Part shown: piece by piece, positions 39,246-47,149 of the stretch
How the letters are laid out: every line of letters begins with the position of its first letter
How positions within the stretch are numbered: position 1 is the first letter of the stretch
Translations under genes and position numbers: made by a program
Notes under the pieces: model-generated
Databases searched by the model: none
The model's input: only the letters and a program-made list of their open reading frames with translations
What the model was told of the DNA's origin: nothing
IMG/VR virus record: IMGVR_UViG_3300009604_000012
Coordinates: 1-57,594 of that record
Strand: one strand, 5' to 3'
DNA length: 57,594 nucleotides
Source of the DNA: a virus
Lineage: Duplodnaviria > Caudoviricetes

Positions 39246-39998
39246 ATGCCGAAGAAACGCAAGCGGAATGTGATCGTCTGGGATATCGAATCCACGAATC
39301 TCTCAGCGAATTTCGGCTATGTACTCTGTATTGGTTGGAAGCGTTTGGATTCCCCACGGGTCTACGTACCTGCGTTACGTGATTTCAATGGGGTGTGTAA
39401 GACATGCCACCAAGTGAACGATCCGATCAACGACCGTAGATTACTGGAGCATATCTATCCCATCCTTGCAGAAGCCGATGCGTGGATTACATGGTTTGGA
39501 AAGGGGTTCGACCAGAAGTTCGTCAACACCCGACTGATGCACCATGGCATGGCTCCACTGCCGCCAGTTCCACACATTGATGGGTGGCGCACCGCGAAAT
39601 CCAAACTAAAGCTCACCTCGAACCGACTCGCAACAGTCCAACAGTTCCTTGATCTCCCAGTGAGTAAGACCTCAGTGGGTGGAAAGCAATGGAACCTGGC
39701 AAGTGGAGGTGATCCGAAGGCAGCGGATTACATCATTGACCATTGCAGAAAAGATGTGAAGGTGTTGGAGCAAGCCTACGAAAAGATGCTCCCCCTGATT
39801 GTGGATTCACCACATATGGGGTTGATCAAGGGGAAGCCAGAGGGGTGTCCACGTTGTGGGTTGCCTACACTCAAGACGAATCCCTCTTGGTTTTATTCTT
39901 CGGCCACCCGCAGTTACCAACGATACCAATGTACCGCATGTGGGGGGTGGTGTAAGGGGAGTAAGGCGATTGATCGCTCTACCATTATGGCTATTTAG
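39246..39998 (+). CDS. RNase H-like 3'-5' exonuclease (RNase_H_2) with C-terminal Zn ribbon
   Basis: WDIES, FGKGFD, HCRKDV; CPRCG...CTACG. Confidence 0.88.
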   Translation: MPKKRKRNVIVWDIESTNLSANFGYVLCIGWKRLDSPRVYVPALRDFNGVCKTCHQVNDPINDRRLLEHIYPILAEADAWITWFGKGFDQKFVNTRLMHHGMAPLPPVPHIDGWRTAKSKLKLTSNRLATVQQFLDLPVSKTSVGGKQWNLASGGDPKAADYIIDHCRKDVKVLEQAYEKMLPLIVDSPHMGLIKGKPEGCPRCGLPTLKTNPSWFYSSATRSYQRYQCTACGGWCKGSKAIDRSTIMAI

Positions 39999-40003
39999 GG
40001 AGG

Positions 40004-40672
40004 ATGAAGGAGTCGGAGATGCGGTGGCTACTAGCGGTAAGCCTTGTGCTTGCCATGTGCATGACTCCCCAAACAATAGCGAAAGACCTGAGTGGGCTAG
40101 CAGAACAGATGCGGGAATCCATTACCCGCATTCGGATGACCGGACCTGTGGTGCGATGGGGCACCTGCTCTGCGTTCTCCATTAACCAAGAGCGCGGGTG
40201 GGGCCTAACCGCAGAGCATTGCGTGGTCACGGTGAATGGCTTTGAGTTTCGGGTGGTCGATGACCAGTCCAGACCATTGGAGATTATTGCTCGGTCTTCC
40301 ACCATCTTCCCACCACGACCGGAAGACGACCTTGCGTTGCTGGAGGGGGATATCTTTCGGGAACTCCCTGCACTCACCGCACTCACCATCGTACCCGAGG
40401 TTGGCACGGTTGTGGCGACGTATGGTTTTGCGCGTGGTGAACGGAATCCATTCTTCTATGTGAGTAATGTCGCTCGCACCCGACCGAGGTGGTTCAGTTT
40501 GGAAATGGCTGGCTCACTCCTCGGCGGGATGAGTGGTGCCCCTGTCGTGAATGACAAAGCACAGGTGATTGGTCTGGTGACCAAGGGCACAGCCTCGAAC
40601 ACTTACATCATTGGGAGTTGGCATTTCCAAGAACTCTACAAAGCTGCTGTCAAACAACATGAAAACCAATAA
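40004..40672 (+). CDS. Secreted trypsin-like serine protease
   Basis: LTAEHCV, DDLALL, GMSGAPV catalytic triad; N-terminal signal peptide. Confidence 0.9.
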   Translation: MKESEMRWLLAVSLVLAMCMTPQTIAKDLSGLAEQMRESITRIRMTGPVVRWGTCSAFSINQERGWGLTAEHCVVTVNGFEFRVVDDQSRPLEIIARSSTIFPPRPEDDLALLEGDIFRELPALTALTIVPEVGTVVATYGFARGERNPFFYVSNVARTRPRWFSLEMAGSLLGGMSGAPVVNDKAQVIGLVTKGTASNTYIIGSWHFQELYKAAVKQHENQ

Positions 40673-40685
40673 AGGAGGAAAGACT

Positions 40686-40760
40686 ATGACTTGGACAAAA
40701 CCTGAGATCAAAGCGATTGCCTTGAACATGGAAGTTAGTCTGTATGTAACCGCGCACTAA
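40686..40760 (+). CDS. pqqA: PQQ precursor peptide PqqA-like (24 aa), not in ORF track
   Basis: MTWTKPEIKAIALNMEVSLYVTAH*: W-x-K-P leader, E-V-x-x-Y core, canonical length; AGGAGG SD at 40673-40678. Confidence 0.88.
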   Translation: MTWTKPEIKAIALNMEVSLYVTAH

Positions 40761-40764
40761 CCAC

Positions 40765-41295
40765 ATGGACAGCGCACTCGGGTGGATTGGGCAGATTGCG
40801 GCGTGGGTTCGGCAGTTTATTCCAAAATGGATCATCATCCCCACGACACATGGTGGGGTGAAGTGGGTCAGAGGGAAGCGACTGGTCGAACTCACGCCGG
40901 GGATACACTGGTATTGGCCGGTCGTGACGGTCCTGCAAACATATCCTATTGTTCGCCAGTCGGTGGACCTGCGCCCACAGGTGATGGTCGCCGCAAACGG
41001 GAAGACCTTCTCGGCGGGGGTGGTGGTGACCTATACCGTGGAGGACCTGAAGCAACTCCTCTCAACCACCTTTGATCCTGATGAGGTGATGTCTGAGATT
41101 TCCCTCGCGGCGATTTACTCAGTACTAACCACCTTGACACTTGAAGAACTCCAGACCAGTGATATCTCTGCGACACTGACGGAGGCGATTCAGGAACTGG
41201 TCACACCCTACGGGGTGCATGTGGTGCGAGCGGCACTCACGGAGATGGCTCCCTGCCGGGTAGTGAAGCTCATCATTCCCCCAGCTATCCAGTAA
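40765..41295 (+). CDS. SPFH/band 7 domain protein
   Basis: GGVKWVRGK..ELTPGIHWYWP...VDLRPQ...VVVTYTVED...YGVHV. Confidence 0.8.
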   Translation: MDSALGWIGQIAAWVRQFIPKWIIIPTTHGGVKWVRGKRLVELTPGIHWYWPVVTVLQTYPIVRQSVDLRPQVMVAANGKTFSAGVVVTYTVEDLKQLLSTTFDPDEVMSEISLAAIYSVLTTLTLEELQTSDISATLTEAIQELVTPYGVHVVRAALTEMAPCRVVKLIIPPAIQ

Positions 41296-41345
41296 GCGCG
41301 ATAAAGAAAATCACCAGCGCAAACCACAACGCCCAACGGAATCGC

Positions 41346-41750
41346 CTACTCTTCAGAGTCTTGCGGAAAGAGGACCTCACAGAGAGGACGACCTTCGGAG
41401 TAGGAAACTGGGAGGCGTCTCTTCTGCTGTTCTTCCATAAAAAGGAGATACGCATAATCAATGTAGTTATGCACATCGGCAATCGTATCTTGGATAGATT
41501 CATCTTTGATCTCCGCTTCCACACCGGGAGACATCAGACTTGCCAGTCGCATCATCTTATCGCACAAGCGCACCAGGACCCCCTGACTGGGCGTGTCGAT
41601 GATCCCAAGAATCGCTGCGACTCGTAGGTTAAACAGGGTGTCACCTTGGTGTTGTTGTTTGTGGTTGTAGTCGTGCCCTTTCTTCTCGATGATCGACATG
41701 GACTGCTCGTGCATCTCCTCACGAAAGCGTTTCACTTCTTCCAGTGTCAT
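41346..41750 (-). CDS. DUF1599/Nmad1-like nucleotide-modification-associated protein
   Basis: KGHDY...GVLVRLCDKMMRL...DESIQDTIADVHNY. Confidence 0.8.
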   Translation of the reverse strand: MTLEEVKRFREEMHEQSMSIIEKKGHDYNHKQQHQGDTLFNLRVAAILGIIDTPSQGVLVRLCDKMMRLASLMSPGVEAEIKDESIQDTIADVHNYIDYAYLLFMEEQQKRRLPVSYSEGRPLCEVLFPQDSEE

Positions 41751-42349
41751 GCTAGCTCCTCTTCCTGTAATGCTTTCATGGGTGTCGAGACTGGGGTAAT
41801 GCCAAGACGCTCTGCATGTTCTCCAGCAAAGAGCATGTTATAGGGATGCACTTGGAGATAGCACCGCACACTGGTTGTCGCATACGTATGGATGTCTGTC
41901 AGAATCTTCGGCTTATCATCGAGTACCACATCAGCGTCGAGGTCATTCACCACACCCCACTTCTTCATCGTAGAAACGACGATCACGGTAGGGTTGCGAT
42001 AACCACGCGCCCGAAGCCAGAGTTCGGTTTGGGTCTTGACCCGTGTTCCGACACGAGCGGTGACAAAGTAGACCTCATCCCCTAACATCCGCTGCTTCTT
42101 TCCGAGGAGGTGTAGTGTCTTCCCTGTCCACCTGAACTCACCGAGGTCCCGCCAGAAGAACGGACTGTCATGCACCCGTTCCCAGGCTTCATCGACATAC
42201 TCTCGGGGGAAGAACTGGTGCGGCCAGTTCCACATCTCAGGCCAAGTGCCTTTCTTTACCGGGATGATGGTGCCTTCCGGGTCCAGCACTCTCGCAAAGG
42301 CGGCATTGAAATCAGCCAAGACCCCATCCATATCGATCACGTATTTCAT
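41747..42349 (-). CDS. HAD-family 5'(3')-deoxyribonucleotidase
   Basis: DMDGVLADF, FVTAR, K, LDDKP motifs. Confidence 0.85.
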   Translation of the reverse strand: MKYVIDMDGVLADFNAAFARVLDPEGTIIPVKKGTWPEMWNWPHQFFPREYVDEAWERVHDSPFFWRDLGEFRWTGKTLHLLGKKQRMLGDEVYFVTARVGTRVKTQTELWLRARGYRNPTVIVVSTMKKWGVVNDLDADVVLDDKPKILTDIHTYATTSVRCYLQVHPYNMLFAGEHAERLGITPVSTPMKALQEEELA

Positions 42350-42621
42350 CCAACGAGTTCTCCTATTGGCACCAGTGTGGCGGTCTGTTTTTCGATGCCG
42401 ACAATTTCCATCTGATCAATCCGACTCCCAGTCTCGACCATCATGGGTCCCATGTCTTCATCGTCTGTGGCTTCAGTCAGTGCAACAAACGGAGCTTCCT
42501 TCGCGAGAGCGACTACCTCTTCCCATGATTGTGCAATGAGATGCACCTGGCCCATGGCTTGTGACCCGTTTGACATGAAGGTGAAGGTCACCTTCCAGTC
42601 AAAAGTTTTTTGAAAGTTCAT
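42346..42621 (-). CDS. Hypothetical protein
   Basis: Likely start MNFQKT, overlapping the polymerase stop (ATGA). Confidence 0.55.
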   Translation of the reverse strand: MNFQKTFDWKVTFTFMSNGSQAMGQVHLIAQSWEEVVALAKEAPFVALTEATDDEDMGPMMVETGSRIDQMEIVGIEKQTATLVPIGELVG

Positions 42622-44144
42622 ACCGTCTCCATGTCGGCCCAGTTTCTTCCGACCTTGACTTCCACATCTATCGTGAGTCCTCCCATTTGTGGGATAGGTC
42701 GCGTCATAATCTCTGTCAGTAAGGCCACTGCTGCATCGACTTTGTCTTCTGGCACATCGAGGCATTGCGAGTCATGGATATGTCCAATGGCACACATATA
42801 CGGTGCCGCCCAACTCTTCCCTAGCAAGGCAAGGTTCTCCCGTTGGAAGAGGGCATTCGAGGATTGCGGTTTGAACGCGACGACAGCGTTTGCATCCTCA
42901 CCCGGTCTGAATTGTTTCGTGCGAGTGTCCTTCGTATAGACCTGATAGTAATAATTGCGTAGTCCCCACGGGGTTTCAAGATAGCCATTGCGCCACGCTT
43001 CTTTTCGCAGGTCCGTGTGCCATGCGGCAAGATCGGGGAGCAGTTGCAGAAACCGGGCAATCTCTGCCTTCGCCTCCTTCACCGAGGGAAAGGCATCGGG
43101 ATACTGCTCATGCAACAGCTTTGCCCCCATGCCATAACTTACACCGTGGGTGACTCGTTTCTTCCGGGCATATAACAACGCATGCTTGGGGCTGTTCTTG
43201 ACCAAGCGTTTGTTCTCAGCGTTCCATTCCAAACCCAGCTCACGACAGGCAGCATAGGCATGCACTCCCTGTCGGGCAATCTCCATGTAGCTTTGTGATC
43301 CCATGAACCACCCCGACATCACCGCTTCGATAGACGAGGAATCCGCTTCAACAAACACACACCCTTCGCTGGGGATAATACATCGCCGCACATCGTCAGC
43401 ATAGGGGACATCCCCACGATGACTGACGTTCATCAGGTTGTGTTCCTGTTGCGCTAACCGAAAGGTCTCTGGGTTGTGGGTGTAGCGTCCATAGATATAC
43501 CCACGCGCATCAGGTATCCACGCATCGACATAGCGGGTCTTGGTGGTGTTGACCTTTCGGCCCTTGAGCACCAGTGCATAGATCGGATGGTCCGTGCCGT
43601 AGTGCTTGACGAGCTTCTGCAACTGGTCTTCATTCAACACCGACCGCTCTCCGGTGTCCTTGTTCAGTCCGAGTGCGTGTTGCTGGTGTGCGGCATAGTC
43701 TTTTAACTGGTCGGTGCTCAGGGGGTTAAACGGCAGACGCACATTGTATTCATTGATGCGTTCGTCTCGGGTGAGAATCTCCGCTTTGTAACAGGGGTTA
43801 AGGGGGATGCCCCCACGCCCCCCTTTCCTCGTGGTGTGCTTCGCTTTCGTAACGGGGTAGGCTCCACACCGTGAGCAAACTTTGGTGGGTTTCCTGACCG
43901 GGATCGGTTCAATGGGGAGGTCGGTCTCGGGTAGGTTCTTGAATCGCTTGGTCGGACGAATTTCCATCGGCGCATGCCGTGCCGCCCACGATTTGTAATG
44001 GTCAACCCGCCGATTGAGCTTGTGTTGTAGGTCAAGTCTCGCCTCATTATCCACACGCACCCCGTGGACCTTGCCCATTTGCCAGAGCACTGGGTCCAGA
44101 TGATGCACGTAGTCCAGATAGAAATCCCAACGGGTTCGTGCCAT
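42618..44144 (-). CDS. polA: DNA polymerase family A, polymerase domain only (C-terminal part of split gene)
   Basis: Motif A EADSSSIE, motif B KKRVTHGVSYG, motif C HIHDS; ends VKVGRNW. Confidence 0.92.
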   Translation of the reverse strand: MARTRWDFYLDYVHHLDPVLWQMGKVHGVRVDNEARLDLQHKLNRRVDHYKSWAARHAPMEIRPTKRFKNLPETDLPIEPIPVRKPTKVCSRCGAYPVTKAKHTTRKGGRGGIPLNPCYKAEILTRDERINEYNVRLPFNPLSTDQLKDYAAHQQHALGLNKDTGERSVLNEDQLQKLVKHYGTDHPIYALVLKGRKVNTTKTRYVDAWIPDARGYIYGRYTHNPETFRLAQQEHNLMNVSHRGDVPYADDVRRCIIPSEGCVFVEADSSSIEAVMSGWFMGSQSYMEIARQGVHAYAACRELGLEWNAENKRLVKNSPKHALLYARKKRVTHGVSYGMGAKLLHEQYPDAFPSVKEAKAEIARFLQLLPDLAAWHTDLRKEAWRNGYLETPWGLRNYYYQVYTKDTRTKQFRPGEDANAVVAFKPQSSNALFQRENLALLGKSWAAPYMCAIGHIHDSQCLDVPEDKVDAAVALLTEIMTRPIPQMGGLTIDVEVKVGRNWADMETV

Positions 44145-44267
44145 AGCATTCGTCTAAAAGAATCGGGCGGGAGATCGTGACGGTCCCCCCACAGTCTGAG
44201 CATAGCTGCGCGATGAGCGTGGGTTGAACTATGCCACAGACTGTGCCGCACACCATGTGCGAACCCG
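44131..44267 (-). other. Structured RNA-like element covering the polymerase start codon
   Basis: Closing stem 44131-44138/44260-44267; inner hairpin 44190-44245 (9+8 bp). Confidence 0.55.
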
Positions 44268-44274
44268 AAAGCGT

Positions 44275-44715
44275 TTACCTTATCACAGCGATGAGTGACG
44301 GGAACGGAGCAGACGCTGCGGCACCCTCAAAGCGCAACCTCCCTCGGAGGAATCGGAGTTCAATGTCTGGTCTCGCTGCATGTGTGTGTTCATCCCACAG
44401 GTAATCCTGAAACCACTTTACGTCGGTTCGTGCCGGGAGGAGCATGACGCCATGCCGTTCCGTGACACCCTTCTCTACCCACCGCGTAAGCTCTCGTCCG
44501 TATGGAGGGTTGCACCACCACCAGCCTGACCAAGTGTTGGGTCTCCATGGAAGTGAAAGTGCATCTCTGATGTAGAAACTCTGGCACTTCGCATTCTCGT
44601 TCGACGCACACACATCGAGGGTAAAGGGGAACTCGGTGTGGAGTTGATCGAACAGGTCTTGTGGGGTTCCCCAGTCCTGTCGCTTCGCTACCGGCATGTA
44701 TCCTTCTTTATCCAT
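44275..44715 (-). CDS. Phage DNA N6-adenine methyltransferase (Dam-like)
   Basis: WGTP..LF, LDVCA, WCNPPYG, LLPARTD, RGRLRF, APFPS; likely start MDKEG. Confidence 0.9.
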   Translation of the reverse strand: MDKEGYMPVAKRQDWGTPQDLFDQLHTEFPFTLDVCASNENAKCQSFYIRDALSLPWRPNTWSGWWWCNPPYGRELTRWVEKGVTERHGVMLLPARTDVKWFQDYLWDEHTHAARPDIELRFLRGRLRFEGAAASAPFPSLIAVIR

Positions 44716-45034
44716 AGGCAATCGGCTCGGTTTCTTCGAGGACCTCTTCAGCTTCTGTTCGTGCTTCGTCTTTTGCGATTTCAATCTCAGCCCGTAATCG
44801 ACTCAGGGTTTTCTCCCAGAGATTCAGGAACTCTTCTTTCCAAACCTCTGCAAAGGTATGGTTCACATGACCGGACCATGGGCAACAGACCCTTCCGGCA
44901 GCAGACTGTGCATGGATGATGGTTCGTTCGATGTATTCTTGGAATTCCTCGTGATTCCCCGGCTGCTTGGCGATGGCTAAATCCTGTTGGCACTTTCGCA
45001 AGTCCCCAAGTTTGGTGGTCATATTGGTGGTCAT
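44708..45034 (-). CDS. Hypothetical protein inside the polymerase interruption
   Basis: ATGA overlap with the UDG-exo stop; overlaps the MTase start. Confidence 0.65.
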   Translation of the reverse strand: MTTNMTTKLGDLRKCQQDLAIAKQPGNHEEFQEYIERTIIHAQSAAGRVCCPWSGHVNHTFAEVWKEEFLNLWEKTLSRLRAEIEIAKDEARTEAEEVLEETEPIAYG

Positions 45035-46143
45035 AGCTGTTGCCCTTTCAAGACACGTTCAATATGGAGGAAGTTCTCTAGTGCGGCATCCGAATCGATA
45101 CAGTTGTAGAGTGCAGGTTCTGCGAGGTTCAGATGTTTCCACGGTTGAATATGGTCAGAGCACAGTGAGGTCACGAACTCTAATCCTTTGGGCAGGTTCG
45201 GCAACCACACATGAAAGGCATTCATGCCATCGTGCAGGTCTCCGTTCACCTCAACACCAGCATCCCGCACGATAGGGATGTCGAATGCCTTGGCATTCCA
45301 TCCCACCATTGGCCTATTCACACCGAGGAGTGTGGTGATGATTGGCATCCATGGGGCTTGCCATGGCACCGACATCGCATGACCTACGCGAAATGAAAAG
45401 CTGATACGCAGGATGTCTGCGCTGGTGGATTCTCCAAGCTGTGATTCGTCTTTGTTTATTTTATAGGGGGTCTCGATGTCCCACGACAGATAGCAATCGG
45501 GTGTGCGTTCGTATTCCTGCACGAACCGCATCGCTTGGTGGGGGTGGGGGTCGAGGAGATATTTTGGAATGCGTTTGGTAAAGCCATCTCGTGCGATGCG
45601 TATCGCTTTTCTGATGTCACTAATCACTGGGCCTGTCCACTTGGCTGAACTCTTCTCTCGTTTCCGTGGAAGGAGGAAGCTCGGGTGGAAGGTGGGCACC
45701 ACGGGAATCCCCTTGGGTCCGTCGAGTATAGACCCACGGTAGCGCATGATTCCTAATTGACCAGTCAGCCGCCGCATGGGGACATTGCCCAAGGCTACGA
45801 GGGCTTTGGGGGCTAGCCTCTCAATGCTGCCATCAAGTAAGGGCCGACAATGATTGATCGCAGTGAACTCGTAGGGCGCATGTGAGAGTTTGTTCTGTGG
45901 TGGCTGGCAGTGGATGACGTTCTCCACAAAGATATCGTCTCGACTCAGCCCCGCCCGTGCGAGGAGCATACTAAGTTGCCACCCGGCGAGTCCCTGGAAA
46001 TGTTTACCAGTGGCGGCTTCATCTTTTCCCAAGGCTTCTCCCACAACCAGCACTTCCTTGGCGAAGCCTCCATCTGGTATTCCAAATCCAGTTCCCCGCT
46101 TCTCTAGTGGACACCCACGACAGAGCGGCGGTTTGGTGGTCAT
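45031..46143 (-). CDS. Family-4 uracil-DNA glycosylase fused to 3'-5' exonuclease (N-terminal part of split PolA)
   Basis: CRGC, VGEALG, CQPPQN, TFHPS; ExoI WDIET, ExoII GWNAKAFD, ExoIII YNCID. Confidence 0.9.
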   Translation of the reverse strand: MTTKPPLCRGCPLEKRGTGFGIPDGGFAKEVLVVGEALGKDEAATGKHFQGLAGWQLSMLLARAGLSRDDIFVENVIHCQPPQNKLSHAPYEFTAINHCRPLLDGSIERLAPKALVALGNVPMRRLTGQLGIMRYRGSILDGPKGIPVVPTFHPSFLLPRKREKSSAKWTGPVISDIRKAIRIARDGFTKRIPKYLLDPHPHQAMRFVQEYERTPDCYLSWDIETPYKINKDESQLGESTSADILRISFSFRVGHAMSVPWQAPWMPIITTLLGVNRPMVGWNAKAFDIPIVRDAGVEVNGDLHDGMNAFHVWLPNLPKGLEFVTSLCSDHIQPWKHLNLAEPALYNCIDSDAALENFLHIERVLKGQQL

Positions 46144-46970
46144 GCCAGTCGAGCGATAGCTGCCCGGTCTTCATCTTCGACATCGGTGGCGTTGAGATAG
46201 CGCATGGTGGTAGTGATTTGCTGATGCCCCAACAGACGCTGGATGGTGGGTAGTGAGACCTTCTCATCGAGGAGTCTCGATCCAAACTCATGGCGCAAGT
46301 CATGCCACCTGATGTCAGGGGCATCGGCTTTCTTCCGTGCTTGGTCCCACGCATACTGGTTCCACTTAAACAGTGGCTTCCGTGTACCAACCTTCGCCAA
46401 GCGTTCCTTCAATAACACACACACTCGGTCGGTCATTGGAATCTTCTGTGTGCGTTTCTGTTTTTGGATATTTGCAGGTACGGTAATGGTGCGTTTCTTG
46501 ATATCAACATGCCGTGCATGCAGTTGGCACAAGGCACCTCGGCGCAAGCCGGTATCACAGGCCAGCATGAAGAGTGCGCGTAAGGAATCACCCATGTTCG
46601 CAAGCAGGTCACGTTCCTGCTGTTCGGTCAGGCGCACATCCCGTTGGTTCAGCTCAGGTTCCAACGTCAGGCATTGGGGAAACTGAAAGGACCCATACCG
46701 CACGCTCGGTGTGAGAAATTCGGGATACTTTCGGAGCATGTGCTTCATCACCGCACGATAGCGATTGCGTGTGGCGGCTGACCCAGGCATGTGTGTGAGG
46801 TAGGCTTCAAGTGCCTCAACAGTTGGGACATCGCCAAGGTGTTCAGCGATACGTCGAAGGCGACAGACATCTGACGAGATCGACTTACGATAGACACGCA
46901 AGTAGTTCTCTGTATAGCGTTCGACAATATCCGAAAGCGTAACACTGGGAATTAGTATGTTTGTTGTCAT
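46140..46970 (-). CDS. Tyrosine recombinase/integrase
   Basis: TGLRRG, HDLRH, LGH, TTMRY; AGGAGG SD before MTTNIL. Confidence 0.92.
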   Translation of the reverse strand: MTTNILIPSVTLSDIVERYTENYLRVYRKSISSDVCRLRRIAEHLGDVPTVEALEAYLTHMPGSAATRNRYRAVMKHMLRKYPEFLTPSVRYGSFQFPQCLTLEPELNQRDVRLTEQQERDLLANMGDSLRALFMLACDTGLRRGALCQLHARHVDIKKRTITVPANIQKQKRTQKIPMTDRVCVLLKERLAKVGTRKPLFKWNQYAWDQARKKADAPDIRWHDLRHEFGSRLLDEKVSLPTIQRLLGHQQITTTMRYLNATDVEDEDRAAIARLA

Positions 46971-46993
46971 AAGGTATGTCCTCCTACAAAAGT

Positions 46994-47145
46994 GGGAGTG
47001 ACCACAGCTCCGAACCAAAGAAAACCGTAGCCACTCCCTGCGAGAACTCCATCGGAGAACAGACCGTCGTGTCTCCGTCGAGGGAGGTACCGCACTGGGA
47101 GACGGCACCACGGGACCGGCAGTCCTAAGAGAATGGAGTCCCGCA
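46994..47145 (-). other. Structured intergenic RNA upstream of the recombinase (possible terminator/attenuator)
   Basis: Multibranch stem 47039-47145; 18-bp hairpin 46994-47038 followed by ACUUUU. Confidence 0.55.
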
Positions 47146-47149
47146 ATCC

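Noticed and set aside
41346-41750. 2-aminoadenine or 7-deazaguanine modification pathway
   Set aside because: No PurZ, DpdA, QueC/D/E or FolE-like genes are seen.
43718-44256. 177-aa and 69-aa alternative-frame ORFs over the polymerase start
   Set aside because: No SD or motifs, and they are out of frame with the polymerase.
44131-45034. Canonical group I or group II intron, or intein
   Set aside because: No P1/P7 core, domain V, maturase or homing endonuclease is recognisable, and the insert is out of frame with stops. It is kept only as an unexplained interruption.
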